A DNA stretch of 32,000 nt, taken from contig NZ_MSZX01000002.1 of the NCBI RefSeq assembly GCF_002021565.1, positions 334,554-366,553 on the forward strand, read 5' to 3'. Positions 25,507-32,000 of the stretch are shown here, in pieces; within the stretch, counting starts at the first letter, position 1; each line of letters begins with the position of its first letter. The notes beneath the pieces were generated by a model that saw only the letters and a program-made list of their open reading frames with translations, had not been told where the DNA came from and made no database searches. The DNA comes from Paenibacillus selenitireducens (GTDB lineage Bacteria > Bacillota > Bacilli > Paenibacillales > Paenibacillaceae). The position numbers and the translations under genes are program-made.

Positions 25507-26535
25507 ATGAAGAAAAAAATGAATCTTGTGCTCGTATTCGTATTGATGGTAACCATGGCGTTAACGGCATGCGGCGCGAAAAGTTCCAAAGGCGAAGGTG
25601 GCACTGCACCAGAAACTGGCGGCAAAAAGCTAAAAGTTGGTATGGTTACGGACTTAGGCAGTGTTAACGATAAATCCTTTAACCAAAATGCTTGGGAAGG
25701 ATTGCAGAAGTTAAAAGCCGATATGGGCTATGACGTAAAATATTTGGAGCCAAAACAAGACGCTGACGTTATTCCAAGCTTGAACCAATTCGTAAAAGGC
25801 GGCTATGATCTGACGTGGGCAACTGCATTTACGCTTGATGATGCTGTAACAACGATCGCGAAAGAAAATCCAAATGCAAAGCTTGGTATCATTGATTCCT
25901 CAATTGAAGTACCAAACGTTGCAGCCGTATCCTTCAAAGAACAAGAGGGTGCTTACTTGGTAGGGGTTATCGCTGGATTGATGACGAAGACCAATAAAGT
26001 GGGCTTTGTCGGCGGGATGGAAATTCCTCCAATCCAACGTTTTGCAGCTGGTTTCCGTGAAGGTATCAAAGCGGTAAATCCGGATGCGAAATTAATCGTG
26101 AACTACACAGGACAATTTACACGTGTGGATATGGGTAAATCCGCAGCAGCTACGATGTACAATGATGGCGTAGATATTATTTTCCACGCTTCCGGTTTGA
26201 CAGGTAACGGTGTATTTAACGAAGCTAAAGAGCGCGTAGCTAAAGGTCAAAAAGTATGGGTTATCGGTGTAGATAAAGACCAATCCTTAACTTTTGGCGA
26301 TGAAGTAACACTTACGTCCATGATCAAAAAAGTAGACGTTGCTGTCTATGAAATTTCCAAACAATTAGCGGAAGGCAACTTCCCAGGCGGTAAAGTAACA
26401 AACATGGGACTTAAAGAGAACGGTGTAGACATTGCGCCAACATCCTCCAAAAACGTTCCAGCAGATGTCTTGAAGAAAGTAGAAGAATACCGTACGAAAA
26501 TCATTAACGGTGAAATTACAATTCCAACCAAGTAG
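25507..26535 (+). CDS. BMP-family (basic membrane protein) nucleoside-binding lipoprotein of an ABC transporter (NupN/PnrA-like)
   Basis: The lipoprotein signal MKKKMNLVLVFVLMVTMALTAC and the BMP-family core (VTDLGSVNDKSFNQNAWEG, VGFVGGMEIP) are present. The ATG at 25507 is preceded by GGAGGG. Confidence 0.85.
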   Translation: MKKKMNLVLVFVLMVTMALTACGAKSSKGEGGTAPETGGKKLKVGMVTDLGSVNDKSFNQNAWEGLQKLKADMGYDVKYLEPKQDADVIPSLNQFVKGGYDLTWATAFTLDDAVTTIAKENPNAKLGIIDSSIEVPNVAAVSFKEQEGAYLVGVIAGLMTKTNKVGFVGGMEIPPIQRFAAGFREGIKAVNPDAKLIVNYTGQFTRVDMGKSAAATMYNDGVDIIFHASGLTGNGVFNEAKERVAKGQKVWVIGVDKDQSLTFGDEVTLTSMIKKVDVAVYEISKQLAEGNFPGGKVTNMGLKENGVDIAPTSSKNVPADVLKKVEEYRTKIINGEITIPTK

Positions 26536-26624
26536 AAGATCGAACTGAACTGATTGAACCAAGAAGCTCCCCTCGCCTCTAATCTGCGGGGGGACGTTTC
26601 TGAAGCAGGAAGGAGAAAAGTCTA

Positions 26625-28157
26625 ATGGCGCAACCTGAAACGGTATTGGAGCTTAAAGGAATCACAAAGCGTTTTGGTGAAGTGGTCGCGAATGAAGACA
26701 TCAGCTTTGCCTTGAAGAAGGGCGAAATTCATGCATTACTGGGTGAGAATGGTGCCGGCAAATCGACATTAATGAATATCGTATTCGGATTGTATCAACC
26801 AACGGAAGGTTCTATTTGGGTCAACGGACAAGAAGTTCTTATGGATACCCCGAACCGGGCTATTGATCTCGGGATTGGGATGGTCCATCAACATTTTAAG
26901 CTAGTACAGCCTTTTACCGTAACAGAAAATATTATTCTCGGCATGGAACCGAAATCCGGCCTGAGAACAGACTTGAAAAGCGCTTCATCCAAAATACGCC
27001 AATTATCGGAGCAGTATGGCTTGAACGTGGATCCTTCTGCAAAGATTGAGAATATTTCAGTAGGGATGCAGCAACGGGTAGAAATCTTGAAAACGTTATA
27101 CCGCGGCGCAGATATCGTGATTCTGGATGAGCCGACAGCTGTGCTGACACCCCAAGAGATTACCGAGTTGCTCGCAATTATGAAACGGCTTGCAAGTGAA
27201 GGAAAGTCTATTATTATTATCACGCACAAGCTGAAGGAAATTATGGAGGTTGCGGATACCTGTACGATCATTCGTCGAGGTCGCGTGATCGACTCCGTCG
27301 TTGTTAAGGATTCGAGTCCTCGAGAATTAGCAGAAAAAATGGTGGGCCGTGAAGTTCGGTTTAAGACCGATAAATCTGCAGCGGATCCGAAGCAACCGAT
27401 TCTGTCCGTGAAGGACTTAAAAGTTCGTGGAGACAATGGTCAGATGGCGGTAGACGGTCTATCCTTCCAAGTTCGCGCAGGCGAGATTGTTGGTGTTGCC
27501 GGGGTTGACGGGAACGGTCAAGCCGAGTTAATCGAAGCTTTAACCGGCATGCGGCGCGTTGAAGAGGGTGAGATTGACTTGGACGGCGTAAATGTCGTGA
27601 ACAAGACACCTCGTGTCGTGGGTCAATCAGGCATGTCGCATATTCCACAGGATCGGCATAAGCACGGTCTCGTGTTGGATTTTACGGTTCCTGAGAATGC
27701 GATCTTACAGACATATTACAAGCCAGAATTAACAAAAGGCGGTCTGATGGACCACAATGCAGCGGTATCGCTAGCTGAGAAGTACGTAAAATCCTTCGAT
27801 ATCCGTATTCCTGGTCTTGATGTTCCTGTACGCGCGATGTCCGGTGGTAATCAGCAGAAGTTGATTATTGCGCGGGAAATCGATCGTCGTCCGAAAGTAT
27901 TGATTGCCGCACAACCAACTCGCGGCTTGGACGTTGGGGCCATAGAGTTCGTTCATAAGGAGCTTATTGCAGAACGAAATAATGGTAAAGGGGTACTTCT
28001 CGTATCCTTTGAATTAGAAGAAATTATGAACGTAGCCGATCGAATTATCGTGCTCTTCAACGGTCAAATCGTAGGGGAAACCTATCCAGATCAGACCAAT
28101 GATCAAGAGCTCGGGTTGATGATGGCGGGTAGACGACAAGGAGGCGATTCCAATTGA
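26625..28157 (+). CDS. ABC transporter ATP-binding protein with duplicated ATPase domains (NupO-like)
   Basis: Walker A GENGAGKST, two signature-like motifs (ISVGMQQR, MSGGNQQK), and a 510-aa tandem ATPase typical of the CUT2/BMP systems. Confidence 0.9.
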   Translation: MAQPETVLELKGITKRFGEVVANEDISFALKKGEIHALLGENGAGKSTLMNIVFGLYQPTEGSIWVNGQEVLMDTPNRAIDLGIGMVHQHFKLVQPFTVTENIILGMEPKSGLRTDLKSASSKIRQLSEQYGLNVDPSAKIENISVGMQQRVEILKTLYRGADIVILDEPTAVLTPQEITELLAIMKRLASEGKSIIIITHKLKEIMEVADTCTIIRRGRVIDSVVVKDSSPRELAEKMVGREVRFKTDKSAADPKQPILSVKDLKVRGDNGQMAVDGLSFQVRAGEIVGVAGVDGNGQAELIEALTGMRRVEEGEIDLDGVNVVNKTPRVVGQSGMSHIPQDRHKHGLVLDFTVPENAILQTYYKPELTKGGLMDHNAAVSLAEKYVKSFDIRIPGLDVPVRAMSGGNQQKLIIAREIDRRPKVLIAAQPTRGLDVGAIEFVHKELIAERNNGKGVLLVSFELEEIMNVADRIIVLFNGQIVGETYPDQTNDQELGLMMAGRRQGGDSN

Positions 28158-29227
28158 ATAATTTGAAAAGACTCCTGCGTCAAGAATCGGTCTGGATTCC
28201 GATCATTTCGATTGTGATTGGGATTGTGATTGGAGCGATCGTCATGCTCATCGGTGGGTATGATCCATTGCTTGCGTATTCATCGTTGGTACAGAAGATT
28301 TTCGGCAGTGTCTATGATGTCGGCGAAACGCTGCGTCAAATTGTGCCGTTGATCCTTGCGGGTCTTGCTGTTGCCATTGCCTTCCGCGGTGGGATGTTCA
28401 ACATCGGGGTTGAGGGACAGATCGTGATGGGATCTCTCGGGGCTTTGATGGTGGGGAACATGATTGATTTGCCGCCTATCATCCATGGGATTGTCGCAAT
28501 TATCGTCGGCGCTTTGTTCGGCGGGATCTGGGGCGCGCTCGTCGCTATATTTAAGGTGAAGCGGGGACTGAATGAAGTTATCTCCTGTATTATGTTGAAC
28601 TGGATTGCCTTATATATCAGTCATATTACGATTAAAGCGTTCATGGCTGAAGCGGGCACTTCACGTTCGCAAATGATCCATGACTCCGCTAGCATCCAGA
28701 TTCAGTGGTTATCAGATCTATTTAACGGCGCACGGATCCACTGGGGATTCTTCATCGTGATCTTTATTCTTATCGGTTATTACTATTACATGAATCGCAC
28801 GAAGTGGGGCTATGAGTTGCGTGCGGTTGGTTACAATAAGCATGCAGCGGAATATGCAGGGATGAACGTATCCAGCATTGCGATCCGTACGTTCTTCATC
28901 TCCGGTGCGATTGGCGGTTTAATTGGTACATTCGAAGTACTCGGTGTATTTAAGTACATGGCGATTGCAGCCAATACTTCAGGAACCGGATTCGACGGTA
29001 TCGCGGTAGCCTTGCTCGGTATGAACAGCGCGTTAGGCGTATTCTTATCCTCAACACTATTCGGTGCATTATATTATGGTGCACAAGGGATGAGCTTTGG
29101 TGCCGATGTACCGCCGGAAGTTATTAAGATGGTTATCAGTATCATCATCTTCTTCGCGGCTGCGCCAGGTGCTATCCGGATGTTCATCAAGATGTTCAAA
29201 CGCAAATCGAAGCGAGAGGAGGGGTAA
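28154..29227 (+). CDS. ABC transporter permease (NupP-like)
   Basis: Polytopic membrane protein. The start overlaps the ATPase stop, and the gene is part of the BMP-type transporter operon. Confidence 0.85.
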   Translation: MNNLKRLLRQESVWIPIISIVIGIVIGAIVMLIGGYDPLLAYSSLVQKIFGSVYDVGETLRQIVPLILAGLAVAIAFRGGMFNIGVEGQIVMGSLGALMVGNMIDLPPIIHGIVAIIVGALFGGIWGALVAIFKVKRGLNEVISCIMLNWIALYISHITIKAFMAEAGTSRSQMIHDSASIQIQWLSDLFNGARIHWGFFIVIFILIGYYYYMNRTKWGYELRAVGYNKHAAEYAGMNVSSIAIRTFFISGAIGGLIGTFEVLGVFKYMAIAANTSGTGFDGIAVALLGMNSALGVFLSSTLFGALYYGAQGMSFGADVPPEVIKMVISIIIFFAAAPGAIRMFIKMFKRKSKREEG

Positions 29228-29230
29228 CAC

Positions 29231-30184
29231 ATGGATATTCTAGCAAATCTACTGAATGGAACATTCGTGTTTGCCACGGCATTGATCTTTGCCTCACTCG
29301 GCGGGGTCATCGTCGAACGGACAGGTGTCATTAACTTGGGACTTGAAGGATTTATGGTCTCGGGAGCCTTCTCTGCAGCGATAACGACGCATTATGCAGA
29401 AAGTGCAGGGCTTGGCGGTGCATCGCCTTGGCTGGGTCTGCTCGGCGCGATGATCTTCACCCTTATCTTCTCCGGCATTCACGCACTCGCTTCGATCAAA
29501 TTTAAAGCGAATCAAGTCATAAGCGGGATTGTCGTCAACTTGCTTGCGGCAAGCTCCACCTTCTTCATGGTAAAGCTGTTGTTCGAAGGTGCAGCGGAAA
29601 CACCGATCATTGATCATGTATTTCATAAATGGTCTATCCCATTCTTAAGTGACATTCCGTTCCTTGGGAATGCGTTCTTCACAGCCTATCCAACGACCTT
29701 TATCGCCTATATCTTCGTCTTCGTGGTATGGTTCGTGATGTACAAGACGCCGCTTGGCTTACGGATGCGCGCGGTTGGGGAACACCCAGGAGCCGCGGAT
29801 ACAGCAGGTGTGAAGGTAAACCGTCTTCGTACATTATCCATCCTCGTTGGGGGATCGGTGGCTGCATTAGGTGGGGCTACAGTGGCCTTAACAGCGAATA
29901 GCAGCTTCGCGCAGAACACGATTTCAGGCCAAGGCTTTATCGCGCTTGCCGCGGTAATTTTCGGGAAGTGGAATCCGGTAGGTGCATTCGGGGCTGCGAT
30001 CTTCTTCGGATTTGCGCAAGCACTGAAGGACCAGGTCGTCATCTATGATTGGGCCAGTAACATTCCGACGGAAGTATTCTACATGCTTCCATACTTGTTA
30101 ACCTTGCTGGTCTTGCTCTTCGCCGTTGGACGTTCCAGCGGACCAAGCGCCCTTGGAGAACCGTACGACCCTGGGAAAAGGTAA
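29231..30184 (+). CDS. ABC transporter permease (NupQ-like)
   Basis: Polytopic membrane protein and the second permease of the same operon. Confidence 0.85.
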   Translation: MDILANLLNGTFVFATALIFASLGGVIVERTGVINLGLEGFMVSGAFSAAITTHYAESAGLGGASPWLGLLGAMIFTLIFSGIHALASIKFKANQVISGIVVNLLAASSTFFMVKLLFEGAAETPIIDHVFHKWSIPFLSDIPFLGNAFFTAYPTTFIAYIFVFVVWFVMYKTPLGLRMRAVGEHPGAADTAGVKVNRLRTLSILVGGSVAALGGATVALTANSSFAQNTISGQGFIALAAVIFGKWNPVGAFGAAIFFGFAQALKDQVVIYDWASNIPTEVFYMLPYLLTLLVLLFAVGRSSGPSALGEPYDPGKR

Positions 30185-30271
30185 TTTATTCGTCCGTTTT
30201 TATGGATGTTCAAGGAATATTCAGGACTGTCCGTCATATGTTGATAATACAAGTTCATTATGATGGCAAAG

Positions 30272-30328
30272 ACGCCAAGAATCATGAATCTCTCTGCAGA
30301 AGAGGTTCATGAAGCTTGGCGTTTTTTT
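30272..30328 (+). terminator. long-stem intrinsic terminator after the nucleoside transporter operon
   Basis: ACGCCAAG...TCATGAA pairs with TTCATGA...CTTGGCGT (30272-30322), followed by TTTTTTT (30322-30328). Confidence 0.7.
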
Positions 30329-30364
30329 ATTACAACTAAATCAAGAGATTGGAGTTGAGGATTC

Positions 30365-31045
30365 GTGATCGGTCAACCCATTCGAGCCATACCTTTAGCG
30401 GTGCGTATGATCCCTAATGTAGATGCGGGATTGGCGCGTCATCTTCCGCTAGATACTTCAATTCGCAGCTTAGGCTTGATCACTTCCAGCATAGACGATG
30501 TCGGTTATACCGCGATTGATGAAGCGACGAAACGTGCAGCCGTAGATGTCGTGTATGCAAAGTCCTTTTATGCAGGTTCGGGTCATGCATCGGGACCGCT
30601 GTCTGGTGAGTTCATCGGCATCATCGGAGGGGCAACGCCTGCCGAAGTGGAGAGTGGGCTCGCGGCTGCCATGGAAGTGATGGAGCATGGCGCGTGTTTC
30701 TATGCGCTGAATGAGGAAGGTACCCATGCGTATTATGCACACGTCATTTCGCGATCAGGCCGTTATTTATCCGGGGTTGCGGGAATTCCTGAAGGGGATC
30801 CGATTGCGTATCTCATAGCTCCGCCGCTCGAAGCCATGGTCGGACTGGATGCCGCCTTGAAGGCTGCGGATGTGAAGCTCCAGACATTTTACGGACCACC
30901 GACGGAGACGAACTTTGCCGGTGGATTACTAACAGGGAGCCAGTCGGCCTGCATGGCTGCGGCGCAAGCTTTTCAGTCTGCGGTAAAAGAGGTTGTCTTG
31001 ACCCCGCATGGTATCACGCTGGGGTCAGGAGGAGGTCATCGATGA
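30365..31045 (+). CDS. eutL: bacterial microcompartment shell protein, tandem-BMC trimer type (EutL)
   Basis: Matches E. coli EutL along its length from memory (IRSLGLI...DDV.Y.A.DEATK.A.V.VVY..S.YAG, YLSS/GVAGI..GDP.AYL.APPLEA..G.DAALK.ADV.L, FLTGSQ.AC.AA..AF). GTG start, with GGAG upstream. Confidence 0.85.
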   Translation: MIGQPIRAIPLAVRMIPNVDAGLARHLPLDTSIRSLGLITSSIDDVGYTAIDEATKRAAVDVVYAKSFYAGSGHASGPLSGEFIGIIGGATPAEVESGLAAAMEVMEHGACFYALNEEGTHAYYAHVISRSGRYLSGVAGIPEGDPIAYLIAPPLEAMVGLDAALKAADVKLQTFYGPPTETNFAGGLLTGSQSACMAAAQAFQSAVKEVVLTPHGITLGSGGGHR

Positions 31046-31329
31046 GCAGTAAACAGGAAGCATTGGGGATGATTGAGACTTGGGGGATTCCAGCCTTGAT
31101 TGCAGCTGCGGACGCAGCGACGAAGGCAGCAGATGTGCGCGTCATGACCTATGAGATGGTGGATGCGGGGATCGTAACGCTGTATCTCGTAGGAGATGTA
31201 TCCTCTGTGCAAGCTGCGGTGGATGCGGGACGTAGTGCGGCAGAACGTGTAGGCAAGCTGCTGCACACCCATGTCATCGCAAGACCTGATTCACAGCTGC
31301 GAGCCCGGCTGTTAGGTGATTCCGATTAG
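31042..31329 (+). CDS. eutM: bacterial microcompartment shell protein, BMC-H hexamer type (EutM/PduA family)
   Basis: EALGMIETWGIPALIAAADAATKAADV...VGDVSSVQAAVDAG...HVIARP is the canonical BMC-domain pattern. The start overlaps the eutL stop. Confidence 0.75.
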   Translation: MSSKQEALGMIETWGIPALIAAADAATKAADVRVMTYEMVDAGIVTLYLVGDVSSVQAAVDAGRSAAERVGKLLHTHVIARPDSQLRARLLGDSD

Positions 31330-31346
31330 GGGGTGCCCACGACGAG

Positions 31347-32000
31347 ATGAAGGAGATCGACACGGATTTATTATCGATTCAAGAAGTTCGCGACGCGCTG
31401 CAACGTGCCAAGGAAGCTCAATCCCTCATCGCGGAGATGAATCAGGAGCAAATCGATGCGATTGTGGGAGAAATGGCACAAGAGGCGCGAAAATCTGCCG
31501 CTGATCTAGCCGAATTGGCGGTAGAAGAGACGGGGTTCGGGAATGTCCCGGATAAGACCATGAAAAATTTGTTCGTGGCAGACCATATCTACCCGGCGAT
31601 TCAACCGATGAGAACGGTCGGCATGATTCATCGGGATGAGGAGCTGAAGGTATGGGAGATTGCCCAACCTGTTGGCATCGTGGCGGGAATCGTACCTTCG
31701 ACGAACCCGACGTCCACCGTCATGTTCAAAGCCATGATCGCATTAAAAGCTCGTAATGCCATCGTATTTAGCCCTCACCCGGGAGCGAAGCGATGTTCCT
31801 TGGAAGCCGCGCAGCGCATGCAGAAGGCAGTGGAGCGCGCCGGAGCCCCGGCATTCAGTATCCAATGTCTGAGAATTCCCACATTGGACGCGAGCAGAGA
31901 GTTGATGACGCATCGTTCCACGGATGTCATCCTTGCCACCGGCGGGACGGCGATGGTCAAGGCGGCTTATAGCTCCGGGAAGCCGGCTTATGGCGTAGGG
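31347..32000 (+). CDS. eutE: CoA-acylating aldehyde dehydrogenase of the EutE/PduP family (5-prime part; continues beyond the window)
   Basis: The frame is open from the ATG at 31347 to the window end and is not in the track because it has no stop. The translation reads MKEIDTDLLSIQEVRDALQRAKEAQ...PVGIVAGIVPSTNPTSTVMFKAMIALKARNAIVFSPHP...ILATGG.AMVKAAYSSGKPAYGVG, typical of BMC-associated aldehyde dehydrogenases. Confidence 0.75.
   Translation, partial: MKEIDTDLLSIQEVRDALQRAKEAQSLIAEMNQEQIDAIVGEMAQEARKSAADLAELAVEETGFGNVPDKTMKNLFVADHIYPAIQPMRTVGMIHRDEELKVWEIAQPVGIVAGIVPSTNPTSTVMFKAMIALKARNAIVFSPHPGAKRCSLEAAQRMQKAVERAGAPAFSIQCLRIPTLDASRELMTHRSTDVILATGGTAMVKAAYSSGKPAYGVG

Noticed and set aside
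26565-26600. Hairpin (CCCCTCGC...GCGGGGGG) between the BMP lipoprotein gene and the ABC ATPase gene as a terminator
   Set aside because: The stem has a mismatch and no real T-run follows, and the downstream genes clearly belong to the same transporter. At most it is an mRNA-stabilising or attenuating structure, so it is not reported as a feature.
1-32000. CRISPR arrays, tRNA/rRNA genes, transposase-type IS elements
   Set aside because: No regularly spaced direct repeats, no cloverleaf-like or rRNA-like conserved segments, and no transposase ORFs were recognised on either strand. The only recombinase is the large serine recombinase at 13200-14762.

Overview
The window looks like chromosome from an endospore-forming Firmicute, probably Paenibacillaceae-like; this is inferred from gene content (SLH-domain remnants, LplABC-type sugar ABC systems with membrane AraC sensors, a gerE homolog). 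The main observation is a gerE-type LuxR-family sporulation regulator gene split into two co-oriented, in-frame pieces at 732-809 and 14821-14901. About 14.0 kb of DNA separates them. That DNA ends in a large serine recombinase gene (13200-14762). Its two ends form an imperfect inverted repeat around a shared CGAACGT core, which is the architecture expected of attL/attR for a serine-recombinase gene-intervening element such as skin in sigK or SPbeta in spsM. The cargo is not phage-like. It is a complete, co-directional type IV pilus locus (three minor pilins, pilB, pilT, pilC, pilA, pilD, pilM, pilN, pilO) followed by a CheY-like response regulator with a long acidic tail and one to three small ORFs. 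One minor pilin carries a C-terminal CBM5/12-type chitin-binding motif, and PilB carries tandem MshEN-type c-di-GMP-binding motifs. The upstream gerE piece also lacks roughly its first 25 codons and follows an in-frame TAA, so there is a second, unexplained breakpoint at about 731/732. To the right of the element are ordinary features. These are an AraC-type membrane regulator with a sugar ABC importer (minus strand), a decayed SLH/discoidin surface-protein pseudogene carrying short structured repeats, and a nucleoside catabolism and uptake cluster (deoD, a Crp/Fnr regulator, deoB, a BMP-family ABC transporter). The window ends with the start of a bacterial microcompartment locus (eutL, a BMC-H gene, and an EutE/PduP-type aldehyde dehydrogenase that runs off the window). 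I recognised no rRNA, tRNA or CRISPR array.
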